The notes beneath the pieces were generated by a model. It did not search any database, had not been told where the DNA came from, and worked only from the letters and a program-made list of their open reading frames with translations. From assembly GCA_002269645.1 (NCBI GenBank), contig NIVC01001445.1, positions 124,001-188,000 on the forward strand: a DNA stretch of 64,000 nucleotides, written 5' to 3'. Source of the stretch: Macrostomum lignano. Taxonomy: Eukaryota. The translations under genes and the position numbers were made by a program. Each line of letters begins with the position of its first letter. The first letter of the stretch is position 1. Below, one piece after another: positions 1 to 13,429 of this stretch.

Positions 1-191
<191 letters not shown>

Positions 192-753
192 GGATACGTT
201 ATAACAAAATGCAATTAGAACATGTGGGTAAAAGATCATAAATATTACAACCCGAGTTTAATTACAACAGCACGTGACTATTCAGGACTGTCGCACAATA
301 GCAAGAGTCTTCCTTTAAAAGCGGTCAGAAATGTCAAATTGAAGTTCGAGCGCATTATTATTAATAATTGAATTGACGATAATCGAGACAGAACAAAGAC
401 CCGAGCCGCCGCAGCTGCGAACCCCTCGCCCCAGCCAGAGAATCGCCTGAATTGAGTTGCTCTCTGAGGCAGCCTCCGAGAACCCCAGCCCAAGTTGTTG
501 CAGCAGGGAGTTGCAGAGTGGGGCGCCCGCCGCTGCACTCGAGCGCTGAGCGAGTGGCGCCTCGAGTGCCTCTTCTTCTTCTGCCCGCCCGGCCCGCCCG
601 ACTGCAGGGAATTCTCAGGCAACTTCAACTCCGGATGAGTGGCAAAGTTGAAAGTGAGAACAAGAATAATATTGTTATGGCGGTGCTTGCGGTGCGCAAT
701 GTCTAACCTTGTAAAAAATATTCTCACCACATTTTCTCCGCTCAGTGCAGCTC

Positions 754-1214
754 TGAATGATTGAATGATTGAATGAGTGAATGAGTGATTGAATGATTGA
801 ATGAGTGAATGAGATATTGAATGAGTGATTGAATGAGTGAATGAGAGATTGAATGATTGAATGAGTGAATGAGAGATTGAAGGAATGAGTGAATGAGTGA
901 ATGAGAGATTGAATTATTGAATGAGTGAATGAGTGATTGAATGATTGAATGAGTGAATGAGAGATTGAAGGAATGAGTGAATGAGTGAATGAGAGATTGA
1001 ATTATTGAATGAGTGAATGGGTGATTGAATGATTGAATGCGTGAATGAGAGATTGAAGGAATGAGTGGATGAGTGAATGAGTGATTGAATGATTGAATGA
1101 TTGAATGAGTGATTGAATGATTGAATGAGTGAATGAGAGATTGAATGAATGAGTGAATGAGAGATTGAATGAATGAGTGAATGAGAGATTGAATGAATGA
1201 GTGAATGAGTGAAT
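754..1214. repeat. Complex TGAA/TGAT/TGAG tetranucleotide-based satellite
   Basis: Repeating TGAATGATTGAATGAGTGAATGAGAGAT-type blocks; source of the two low-complexity minus-strand ORFs. Confidence 0.95.
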
Positions 1215-1646
1215 GCATAAATACTACCATTGCTTTCGAAGGTGCAGTGCAGGATTTCAATCCCACCATCCTCTCCCGCACTTTCCCTCATCAGCCAGCT
1301 TCCTGGCGGCAGTGCCAACCGCCCAACCGTGCCAAACCAAAACACGGCATCTGCCTGGCAAGATCGGCATCAGGACCGCCGCCCCCTCCCGTCATAAATG
1401 ATGGCAATTCGAATTGACAAAACATCCCTCAATTGGTTTCCATCTCTGCTTCTGGTGCGCTTCCCGCCTCTCCCGCCCCAACAGGGCTGACTGCCTGTGC
1501 GAATCAAATGTCCACTTGTGGGCAAAAACTTTCGAATAAAAAGTTCGAATTCCGAATCCAGTGCCACATTGGCTATTTTTAGGTTGGCTTGGAAGAAGAG
1601 CGAAAGTGGAAATCTTGATTACGGGAAAGCCATCCCTTTCAGACCC

Positions 1647-3140
1647 CCTCTCACCCCGTCTCCCTCTCACCCTGTCTCCCTCTCACCCTGTCTCCCTCTC
1701 ACCCTGCCTCTGTCTCACCCTGTCTCCATCTCGCCCTATCTCCATCTCACCCTGTCTCCATATCACCCTGCCTCCATCTCACCCTGTCTCCATATCACCC
1801 TGAGTCCCTCTCACCCTGTCTCCATCTCACCCTGTCTCCCTCTCACCCTGTCTCCATCTCACCCTGTCTCCTCTCTCCCTATCTCCCTCTCACCCTGCCT
1901 CCATCTCACCCTGTCTCCATCTCACCCTATCTCCATCTCACCCTGTCTCCATCTCACCCTATCTCCATCTCACCCTGTCTCCATATCACCCTGCATCCAT
2001 CTCACCCTGTCTCCATATCACCCTGTCTCCATATCACCCTGCCTCCATCTCACCCTGTCTCCATCTCACCCTGCCTCCATCTCACCCTGTCTCCATATCA
2101 CCCTGTCTCCCTCTCACCCTGTCTCCATATCACCCTGCGTCCATCTCACCCTGTCTCCATCTCACCCTGTCTCCCTCTCACCCTGCCTCCATCTCACCCT
2201 GTCTCCATCTCACCCTGTCTCCCTCTCACCCTGCCTCCATCTCACCCTGTCTCCATCTCACCCTGTCTCCCACTCACCCTGTCTCCCTCTCACCCTGTCT
2301 CCATCTCACCCTGTCTCCCTCTCACCCTGCCTCCCTCTCACCCTGCCTCCATCTCACCCTGTCTCCATCTCACCCTGTCTCCCTCTCACCCTGTCTCCCT
2401 CTCACCCTGCCTCCCTCTCACCCTGTCTCCATCTCACCCCGTCTCCATCTCACCCTGTCTCCATCTCACCCTGTCTCCCTCTCAACCTGCCTCCCTCTCA
2501 CCCTGCCTCCATCTCACCCTGTCTCCATCTCACCCTGTCTCCCTCTCACCCTGTCTCCATCTCACCCCGTCTCCATCTCACCCTGTCTCCCTCTCACCCT
2601 GCCTCCATCTCACCCTGTCTCCATCTCACCCTGTCTCCCTCTCACCCTGTCTCCCTCTCACCCTGCCTCCATCTCACCCTGTCTCCCTCTCACCCTGCCT
2701 CCCTCTCACCCTGCCTCCATCCCACCCTGTCTCCATCTCACCCTGTCTCCCTCTCACCCTGCCTCCATCTCACCCTGTCTCCATCTCACCCTGTCTCCCT
2801 CTCACCCTGCCTCCATCTCGCCCTGTCTCCATCTCACCCTGTCTCCCTCTCACCCTGCCTCCATCTCACCCTGTCTCCATCTCACCCTGTCTCCCTCTCA
2901 CCCTGCCTCCATCTCACCCTGCCTCCATCTCACCCTGTCTCCATCTCACCCTGTCTCCCTCTCACCCTGCCTCCATCTCGCCCTGTCTCCATCTCACCCT
3001 GTCTCCCTCTCACCCTGCCTCCATCTCACCCTGTCTCCATCTCACCCTGTCTCCCTCTCACCCTGCCTCCATCTCACCCTGTCTCCATCTCACCCTGTCT
3101 CTCTCTCACCCTGTCTCCCTCTCACCCTGTCTCCCTCTCC
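1647..3140. repeat. 16-bp CT-rich minisatellite (CTCACCCTGTCTCCAT), about 90 copies
   Basis: Unit read directly; the 569-aa ORF has a 16-aa period equal to 3 units. Confidence 0.97.
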
Positions 3141-3576
3141 CGCCCATCCCATCTCGATACCAATTATCAAATGCTAAGCCAGCCCCTCTCTTTACCTGCT
3201 CCCTAATTTGTTCCCCAAATTATCTGCATCCCATTTCTGTCCCCGAGGCAATATTTATGGAATTCTCCGCTTAAGCGACCAGCCAATTCCATTTGTCTTA
3301 TCTGCTTCGGCGCAGCACTAAACACACAGAGCGGCTTCTTGTTGCAAAAGCAGCAATAGAAGAATGATGATGAAGGAGAAGTCAGCATCCGCAGTCTGTG
3401 TTTTGTCTCCGCTTTGCCAGAGAGATCTTCTTCTGAGAAGCAGAGCAATCAAGTATGGCCAAGAACTGCGCGGCTCATTGGAATGGGAGACCCGTGTCTG
3501 GGATTAAAGGGGTCTTTTCCAGGTTTTATTGCTTTTTCGGGTTCCCAGCTGCGATCCCACTTGCTTGGCAAATATA

Positions 3577-3770
3577 TCATCTGAAATTCACCCTGAATCA
3601 TCTGAAATTCACCCTGAATCATCTGAAATTCACCCTGAATCATCTGAAATTCACCCTGAATCATCTGAAATTCATCCTGAATCATCTGAAATTCATCCTG
3701 AATCATCTGAAATTCACCCTGAATCATCTGAAATTCATCCTGAATCATCTGAAATTCATTCTGAATCCCA
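3577..3770. repeat. 21-bp minisatellite (CATCTGAAATTCACCCTGAAT), about 9 copies
   Basis: Direct tandem copies, degenerate copies continuing to about 3840. Confidence 0.95.
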
Positions 3771-4788
3771 TGAATTTTCTCTGAATAATCTGGATTGTCT
3801 TCTGAATAATCATCTGGACTGTGCCCTGAATCATCTAGCTATGTTGTGTGAATCATAAGATACACCTGTTAAGTCATTTAAATCATCCTGAATCACACTA
3901 GAAGTCCCTAGAATCTCCTGAAATCTCAGTATTCGAATCTCACGAATCTCGCAAATCTTGTGAGTCCACAAAGCAGCACAGAGCTGCAGATCCTCAGGCC
4001 TCTCCAATGCCTTGAAAACCTGATTAAGCTGTAAAACCATCAGCACCAGCGCTCCTCTGCTGCCACAAATCTGGCTGAATATTTCAGCTCCCAATCCTCC
4101 CAGCCTCCCTAAGACTCATAAAACCGCTACCGTGACAGAAATTACTCCATAACCCTCTCACACAGCCTCCCTATCTGAATTATGGAATGCCCTAAAAAAG
4201 GCTCGTTACGTAAGCGGCTTGCATATCGCGGATCGCATTGATGCAGTGGCCGTATGCCAATGAATTATTAAGACTGCACTGCTCAGTCTCATAATGGCGA
4301 GCTCACACAACCAGAAATTGGGTGTTAGGCGGTGGATCTTCATCCTGAGGATTTTTTGTCCTGTCCTCCACAGCAAACTATGATATGGGGATCACGACCC
4401 GCTCTGGGAGCTCCTGACTGACGGGCGCGCGAGCGAGCGATGACGCAACAACCTCGCGGATTTGGAGTTGAGGAGATGGGAAAAATCAATCAACTGGGCA
4501 GCACGGAGGCACCGAATGTGACGCGTCTTGGCGTTGGTCGGTGACAGCGACTGGGAGGCTGGAGCCAGCTGCCCCCGGATACCGGATCAACCGGACAGCT
4601 GCTGCGGCTGTCTCGCCGGGTCGGGCTGGGAGCCCACCTGACATGCTCTGGGGGGGGGGGAGCGGCACGATTCCACAAATCCCTCCAGAAAATTCTGTGC
4701 GTAGGATTTCATCCTTGACTTCTTCTGGGGCGTGGCACTGCAGAGTGATTCGCTACTCACTGCCTCACTGCATCACTCTGCGTGGCTT

Positions 4789-5143
4789 GGATAGACTAGC
4801 AATCCATTCTATATCATAGCATCAATGATTGGATAGACTAGCAATCCATTCTATATCATAGCATCACTGATCGGATAGACTAGCAATCCATTCTATATCA
4901 TAGCATCAGTGATTGGATAGATTAGCAATCCATTCTATTGTCATAGCATCACTGATTGGATAGACTAGCAATCCATTCTATATCATAGCATCACTGATCG
5001 GATAGACTAGCAATCCATTCTATATCATAGCATCACTGATCGGATAGACTAGCAATCCATTCTATATCATAGCATCACTGATCGGATAGACTAGCAATCC
5101 ATTCTATAGTCATAGCATCACTGATCGGATAGATTAGCAATCC
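4789..5143. repeat. 42-bp minisatellite (GGATAGACTAGCAATCCATTCTATATCATAGCATCACTGATC), about 8 copies
   Basis: Unit starts at 4789 and 4831 (period 42) and onward. Confidence 0.95.
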
Positions 5144-8100
5144 ACACCAATTGAAATCGTTGACCTCCAGTTTTTTGTCCTTCAATTTCATCTCCAAAGC
5201 AAGACGCTTCCCCATTTGCGCAATTCCCACCTGGAGCGGCTGAGTCACTGCCGGCCCGCAGCCGGGGCAGCTCAAATCCTCCACACTTGAAATTGTAAGC
5301 CGCCGCTGCTCGGCTCGGCTGCTTCTAAAAGAAAGTTTCGGTCGAGCTGCTTCGATGAGGCCTGCATGGGATTTGCATTCTGGCCGCTTCTGGGGGGGGG
5401 GCGGCGACCGCCGAGATACGCAGAGCGGAATGACTGCCTTTGTGACTCAGCAACCGCCCCCCACCCCACCCCAATCCCCAACTCATAATGGGGATTTGGG
5501 AAGAAGCGATTGCAGAGACCCCAGGGCTCAGTTTGCTGACAGTTCGGATATGATTATGAGGCTGGCGCGGTCAAGGAGAATTTTAAATTGCGGCATTCTT
5601 AGAAAGGATTGCTAATCCATTCAATCATGGATGCTATGACTACAGATTATAGAAGACCTGAGAAGACTGCTGAGCACATGGAATACTGCGCACCAATACT
5701 GTACGCAAGCACGCACTCATAAACACAGCTCACTCAGAGTGTACAGCCGCCCTTGACTGTCAAATCGTGAGGCATGTACACTCTGTGCCTCGGGGGTTGG
5801 CCTTCATGGTAGCGAATCCCAAGACAACCCCCAGCCGCTCTGCTTCCCACACACGCCAGCTATAGAATGGATTTCGTACAAACAAACATACAAGATTTTC
5901 ATTTTTAGTATATGGATTGCTAATCTAGCCAACAAGTCTCCCTATCGTCTCTTGGTGTGAATTTCTCGCCTCACAATTTCAAAACCCTGAGCTTCCTCTT
6001 TCCCATCTGTTACGTAACAATTTTGTTTCCAACTGGGCGCGCGAGCTCTTCTTCACCTGCGCTTCCCGCCCTCCGAGACGCCGAGAAAGGGGAGGGGGGC
6101 AATTAGCGGCTCAGCCGGGTCGAAGATTTCGCTGAGGCAAAGTGAAAGCAAAGATAAAGAAGAGAATTGCGGACGAAAGCTTTGATGATGTCAATGATGA
6201 GGCTGAGGAGGCTGGAAAGTTGTTCACCAGTCGGCAGGAGGTGAAAATTGGCTATTTAGGACCCAGGCAGGTAAGTCCCGAGGTCCTTGAGGTCTTGAGA
6301 CCTGCTCAAATGAAGTAGACTGGGGAACCTAATTGAGTGTGATGAAGCTCAACTGAGTGCTGAGTTGCATGAGTGAGCAGAGAGCGCTGGCATACGAGTA
6401 CCATTCTCATTTTCATCATTGCAAGATTCCTTTTTTGCAAAACGATTTTTTCTTCCCTGTTACGCAATAGAATGCCAGCACTCGTCCAGTGCATTTTGCT
6501 ACAGCTGGGCTGCACTGCGGTGTCCGGGATGCAGATGCTGGCTTTTTGATTGACTGAATTCTGAACTCGCGTGACCGACCGGAATTCCGCGCATTTAAAC
6601 CGCGCAGACTCCGCTCTGCCAGATAAGGCGCCTCCCATACGGTAGTGAATCTGGGCCTTGTTTGCTGCCGTGTCTCTCCACAATTCCCTGTGGCATCCCC
6701 TTTGCGTGCTCTGTGTTTTCCCAGCTCAACTTTGAGGCGGCAAAGTCAGCTAAACCGGACAGCCGGGGAGCTCAAAAACTTGAGTCTGGAGTGACAACTC
6801 CTCTCTCCGTGTTCTTTAACTTCCATAACTTCCAAGAGTTTCAACTCTTTATACTATGCTCAATGCGGAGATCTCCATGAGCTGGACTCCGCTTTCTCAA
6901 ACAGATGAGTTGGACTTGGCTGATGTTAATTATTTACAGGTGGCCCTTGAGATTTAGGGGAGATACGATAGTTTTTCAAGGGGTGGTTTCCCTCATTAAT
7001 TATTAATTAGGGCGCCTAACGCAGGAGCCACAAAAGTGGACAGACTGGCTGCTGCATATGTTGAAGACCTCACTTTTGGAAGTAAGTTGACTTGGATTTC
7101 AGGCAGCCTTGAGAATCTGACTCTGGTCATCTGGACTGGTTCATCTTATGACGCTGGACATTTGGGCTCATTCTCATATAATTCTGGTCATCTGAGTCAG
7201 TTCATTTAGTTTGCTTCTGGTCATGTGTCATTAGTCTCAGCTTCAGTTTATTCTTGGTCATCTAGGCTATTTGTTTATTATGATTCTGGTCATTCAAGGC
7301 TATTTGTCTCCTCAAGATTCTGGTCATCTGGGGTCATTCCTCTTTTTATGCTACTGATCATTTGGAGTCCTTATAGTCTTGCTGTTCAAAGATCTGTTTA
7401 TCGCTAATCTTTCTATCAATAGCGATACTTGATCCAGCATTACAGAAAGAATATTACGTACCTTTATAGAATAATAATTCAGTAATCTACGAGTCGTATT
7501 TCGTACAGAGAGACACAAAAAATTTCATTTTTACGCGTAGTATATTAGACTAAAACAAATGTGCGATTGAACCTACTTGCAAGTAGGGCAGTAATTGCAA
7601 AGCGTTTATTGATTGTTTAAAGACACCGAGTTCACTACTATAAAAAAATTTAAAAGTGCGGGGAGAAGCTGTGAGAGAGGTAAGCAGGGAGAGAGGGTGA
7701 GAGAGAGTGCAAGAGAGGAGACATAAGAGAGATTGTTGCAGGAGAGGGAGCCGAGAGCGATACCTTCAAATGCATCGCAACTGGCGTTACACAACCCTAC
7801 AATTTCTATTAGATGTTAAAAGCATAAAGCATGAAAAGGGACAAATTAGCAATAAATTCCATTCTGTGCATAAATGTACGTTGTACTCCAAAGGATCAAA
7901 ATAAAAAATCGACATGGCTGCAGGCTGATCCGCCGAGTAAAATAAAAGCTGTAAAATTACACCATTTACATTTACATATTCATGCTTTTGTCAAGTGGGA
8001 ATTGTCGAATGCCACATGCATATGCATATGTACTTTGTAAATGAAGAAATGTTGCAAATCATTTGATCGTATCGCTCGCATACGAGCTCGAAACCAAGCC

Positions 8101-8389
8101 ACAGTTATAGGTTAAAAGTCTTGTTTCAATAAACTATGAGCCTGTCAAGGATGAAAGATGTCGTTGTTAGCAAATCAGTTTTGGCCGTCATCAAGAATCA
8201 CTTTGCCGGAGTGAAACAGTACATATACTTAAACAACGTTTTTTTTCAAATACATTGGGTCGTAACAAAACTAGCATAATGCATAACTTAGATTTTTATT
8301 TTTCATAAGTACAAATAACATATTTGCTTTCTACAATGTGTTAACTTTTTTGAAATATTGCTGAAAGGCCAGCGGCCAGCCGTCGTCCG

Positions 8390-10574
8390 GGGGTGTGTAT
8401 AAAAGCTGGCAACGGACACTGGCATACTGGCATCACTGGCATCAGTGCACTAAAACAAAGCATATTTGTAATACTTCTATTAAAAAAAATTATAGTGTTC
8501 TTTCGTTCATCCGTAAACAAAAATATATTTATCAAAACAATTATAGGAGTCTTTTAAATTTCGGAAAAACGAAGATGCATTACCCATTTTTTTTATTTTT
8601 ACTGGCATTTTCATCTTGACCCGAAGTACGTAAAATGTACCCTACATAGGCCTATGCCTTTGCGCATTGAGTGTATATCTAACTTTTAATATTCACTCAA
8701 TTAGAGTCTAAAAAAAATAAAGCTAAGTCTTTAGCATCCTTATCCTTAGCAAAAATTCCATAAAGACAGACTGTTGAATTTTCGCGAATTTTCTGCTGGT
8801 ATTGAGTGTAATGATGTACATGTATAATAAGCAGTGTTGGGCACCGTTAATGAAAATCTTAACTTCCGTTAATAGCAAAAGCGTTAGCGTTAAAACAAAA
8901 AATCTTAACTTTTTAACTCCTTTAAATTTTGGAACTACGACTTACTGCAACGCTTGTCAAAACGGCCCTTTTAAGGGTCCTAGCCATAGTTAGCCGCTAT
9001 GCCACATCGTGACATTATGTTTTCAACGTTTTTTCCTATTCTGTTTTTTTAGTTATAGTGATTCTTTCTCCAGGTAATTTCATTGCCTGTTGTTTTGCCA
9101 GTTCTTGTAGTTCAACGAAGCAGAATTAGATATGCTTGCCAAATACCTATTGTGGATTTTCGCGTTGTAAATCTATGAAAAGAAAAATTTGAAGAGAAAG
9201 AGTGTATTTAACATGAAAAATATGTATAATTTATCAAAAATTTACATGCCATGAGTATATGTTTACTGTACCTTTATGTTGTACTTTGTTTAGAATGCAA
9301 AGTTTGACAGTATAAAGTATAGTTTTCTTTTTTCTTGATATGTTTATGCTTTTTCTTCATTTGTCCTGTACATTTTTTGAAAAGAGTTCGAATAATTTTT
9401 AATAATTGTTGATTAAAGGTTTATTTGTATTATCCAAAATAAAAAATAAACAGGCTTTTGCAATATGTACTTTGGTTTCTTGAGACTTTGCCAACACATT
9501 TTCAATTTCTAGTTAATATTCCTTCTGAATTACTTCACCTGTACATATTGTTTGTTGTTTTTGTAAGCATCAGTTGTAATTTTGATTTTATACAATATTC
9601 TTCCATTTTTATAATGTTTTGATGCTAAATATAATTTATGGATTTTTTGCTACTCGTTCAAATATTGTGTGAATTTTTACACAGGACGATTTAGTTAGTA
9701 TCTTGCTTGCAAATTACAAACAAATATGCATTTCTACAAAGGATGATGCAAAATCAGATACAGGGGCGTAGCCAGGAATTTCCTACGGGGGGGATACACC
9801 AAGGTGAATTTTCTACGGGGGGGATACACCAAGGTAAAAGTGCTATGACAGAGTCACATGGTATCATGTATAGCAACAAAGGGCAACAAAAAAGTTTTGG
9901 TCAGGCTCTTCGGGGGGGATACATCCCCCCTTATCCCCCCCTCCCTACGCCCCTGATCAGATACATGCAAACAGATTGAGGGAGTGTGCATTTTAAAGTA
10001 AAATTCAAATTCAAATTCAGTCAAACACAAAGTAACTTATTAAAAAAAATTCACCCACAGACTCGCAATTAAGTTATTATTTATATATCATCCCTGGTCT
10101 GCATGGTTTGTACTCGATCAAACGAATCAGGAAATTGCATTTTCGTCATCATGTTAATATCACGAATCTATATTGAATCTTCCAACAGCCATTAATATAT
10201 TAATTTTCGTATGAATGAAAATTGTTAGCGTAGTAAGTAAAATCACAAGTTATAAGCAGGTTATACACTTTGAGTTCCGTTTGTATACATGCAAGCGTGG
10301 CGCATATCCACTCATCTGCGAGACTGCGACATACTATGGCCTGCACTGAAACAAAATTAGGTGCTAAGAGTTGAATGTTAAATTTTTTAGGTATCAATAA
10401 AACTTACGTTCTGTTTATGACTTTCTTAGCAGTAAGTGCATAAATTTGTAAAAAAAACATATTTTGCACTTTACAAGCACCGAGCTTTTAGTTTAGTAAA
10501 ATTCAAAAAAATTTGTTTAGCTACATTGATGCCAGCGATGCCAGTGATGCCAGTGCCAGCTTTTATACACACCC
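8390..10574. mobile_element. Non-autonomous DNA transposon, about 2.18 kb, about 50-bp TIRs, 8-bp TSD GTCGTCCG
   Basis: Left end (G)GGGTGTGTATAAAAGCTGGCA...CTGGCATCACTGGCATCA (8390-8444) is the reverse complement, with small indels, of 10527-10574. GTCGTCCG flanks both ends (8382-8389, 10575-10582). AT-rich interior with no transposase ORF. Confidence 0.85.
9761..9955. mobile_element. hAT-type MITE (195 bp) nested in the 2.18-kb element
   Basis: TIR CAGGGGCGTAG / CTACGCCCCTG; perfect 8-bp TSD ATCAGATA at 9753-9760 and 9956-9963. Confidence 0.88.
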
Positions 10575-12824
10575 GTCGTCCGTAGCTCTCAACAACACCA
10601 AAATGCCAATTGTACTCGTAGGTATTCTATGTAGCCTACGATACGATCCTAAACATAAGTACCGATTTTTGCGGGCTTAACACCAGTAATTTTCGCGAAG
10701 TAATTATCGAGCCAGATTTCTAAAAAAACAGTAGACTTGGAGCATGTGTCAGTTTCTATTCTACAATTCTACTTGTATTTTGACAACAATTGAAATTCTG
10801 CGCCTGCAGGCAGCAGGATTCTGGAATCAGAATATGAAAATCATGACACCCACAAAAAGCACAAGAAGTGTTTTGTAAAGCCAATATGTATTATGGGACT
10901 ATTGTCTAATAATAAGTCGAGTATGTAGTAGATAAGATAGCATAAACAATGCATAATAATTTTAGTATGCAGTTTGCTCAAAAAAGCTTTTACTTAAAAA
11001 TGAAAAGAGCGACACTTAAAAGAATAATAAGTTAGGCCTTGTTCTTCACTTTCACTTAAGTAGTATATTCAAAAAGTATATTTTTGATTAAAATCATTAA
11101 CAATGTCAATAGGCCTAATAAAGGTAATCAATTTTTTAGGCCTTGACTTTTTTCTATAAAATAGGGGCTTAATTGAAAAATAATATTTATTTTTCTATTT
11201 TATCTTAATCTATAGTAATAAGCTATAATAGCCTAATATATAAATGTTATAAAAGCAATGTGTAGATTTTGTCTTTTAAATAAAATTTCAATAGTACAAC
11301 AATATAATATCTTTATTATATTATTTAAAAAGATTTAAATGACCTATTAAAACTTATTGTATAGTATTTTGCTATATTAGGGTTCTGGTCATATTGGTAT
11401 AAATGTAACGAATTAATTGCCGAGCAGTATCATTTGAATATTTGAATCGTCAGTCGAGACCAGAGTGCCAAATCAGAGTGGCAAACTCTTACGAACAATG
11501 ATCAATGATTATATTTATTCAATTAATATTGGTCATTAAAACAAATAAAGTTACACTATAAAAGTATATATGCCAAATAACAAATACATACAGTAGAAAG
11601 TAATAAAAGAGGAATACTATAGAAATACTATATACAGTACAACAGACATAAAGTAAATACAAAATTGTTTACTTTTAAATTTGATACGCAGATATGTTAC
11701 ATAAAGTCACTTAGCAAAATTCAAACTAATGATTGATGTATTAGAATTTGAAATTGTACCTTGTATAAACAAAAGTAATTAAGAACAAATCTAGTCAAGA
11801 ACCAATTTAACCAAAGCTAATGTTCTGCCATAGCCATAGCTACAGCTATGGGATCCTACAGCAAATATGGTAAAGTAGGTGCCTATGGCAGCTATAGATA
11901 TGCCTATGGTAGATAGCTGCTCTTATAGCTACGACTATGGAAATATGGTAGTTGCTGTCACATTCTGTAGATTCCCTTAGCCATAGTTATAAATTTAAAA
12001 AATTAAAAAATATTAGAAATAGGTAAAGTAAAACAAAAATACTTTAAGTTTAGTAAAGTGATCATAGTTTACAAAATTAAAAAAACACTAGCAAATTTCA
12101 ACTCTGTTCTGTTTTGGAAGTTAAAATCATTTGGTATAGTCAACTATGAATGTATTAACAATACACTATGTTTTATACTTTACTATAGAAAAAAAGTTCA
12201 CTAGGTGCTAGTTTGCTCATTATATTATATATATATATATTTATTTTATTAAAAAATTTTCTTTCATTGGATTAAGGTTAGTTAATTTGGAATCGTGGTT
12301 TTTAGTGTAAATAAACAAATATAACAAATAAATGCTTTCTTAGTGTTTCCTCTGATGCTTTTGTAATGTTGGTAAAAAACTTTTACATTTGACACTGCTA
12401 GTTTGCTAGGTTTTTTTTAAATTGTTTTTCTTTGCAGTCTTAAATGACCCTTGTAGTTATTTAAGTACTGGGCTTATACCTTCCTAATTCAAAGTACTTT
12501 ATTTCCTAGAATTTTTGTCAAAACTATGGCTATGGCTATGGGAATATGGTAATATTGGAGTCCCTACAGCTACAGCATATGGAAAATTGGAATAAGCATT
12601 GCTACAAACAATGCTACAAAGGTAGCATTTAGGCTTCAATTAACTTTTACAATTATAAATACCTGGTACATGTAGTTAGGATGTTTCATTAATTTTGACA
12701 ATAAATAATTATTTTAAGAGATGAATAAGTATAAAAAGACCTATATGACTGCTAAACATTTTTTATGTGAAAAACTGTCTTAGATATGTTATTGACTCTA
12801 ACATCATTGTCAGGCTAATTCTAA

Positions 12825-13030
12825 GGGGATTGTAGCCTAGTGGTTAGAGTGTTGGATGTACAAAAAGGTTAGGGGTTAAATGCTTGACCCACCCAGAACA
12901 ATTTGTGTCTAGCAAGACACAAATCTATACTGCTTCTGTTCACCCAGCTATAAAATGGGTGCCAGCATCAGCTGGGGTAATTGTGGGTGTATGGTGACCC
13001 CACAGTCCTTGGACTGAACAGCTATATGTA
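12825..13030 (+). mobile_element. Degenerate tRNA-derived SINE with a conserved-domain-like core
   Basis: A-box-like TAGCCTAGTGG at 12833-12843 and degenerate B-box at about 12872-12883, then GCAAGACAC (12912) and CACCCAGCTATAAAATGGGTGCC (12941-12963), resembling from memory the core of widespread metazoan SINEs. Confidence 0.55.
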
Positions 13031-13410
13031 GACATAGGCATTTAGCCTATCTAGATGTCAGATGTATAAAAAATGCAGAATAGAATATATTAATTAATCT
13101 AGATTTCTGCTGTACCTATGGATATGGAGGTTTTTGAGACAAAGTAAATGGATACAGACATTCATGCACAACCTTGGGAATCACCTAGCCATTTCTATTG
13201 GTAACACACTAGTTCCTGTCTAGTTCCTGTATCTAGTAATAGCACTCAACTGAGACTTGAAAGACCATTGGAGCTGTTGATTTGATGGGCATAGGGTGGT
13301 AGAAATAAATGAACGTTGCTGAATGAAGATGAAGATGAATGAAATTTTCAATGCTATGCCCATGTTGTGGTAGGATTAAGATAAAGGGTCAGGGCCTATG
13401 AGGATCTATT

Positions 13411-13429
13411 CCAATACTTCATATATAAA
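13411..13429 (+). promoter_or_regulatory. Possible CCAAT plus TATA box upstream of the phosphate carrier gene
   Basis: CCAAT at 13411 and TATATAAA at 13422-13429, 56 nt before the ATG at 13486. Short motifs in AT-rich DNA, so weak. Confidence 0.25.

Noticed and set aside
1497-3206. 569-aa ORF
   Set aside because: Translation of the 16-bp satellite (unit not a multiple of 3, no stop codons possible); not protein-like.
11829-12541. GCCATAGCCATAG / CTATGGCTATGGC inverted match
   Set aside because: Only 13 bp of low-complexity sequence and no TSD; insufficient for a transposon call.
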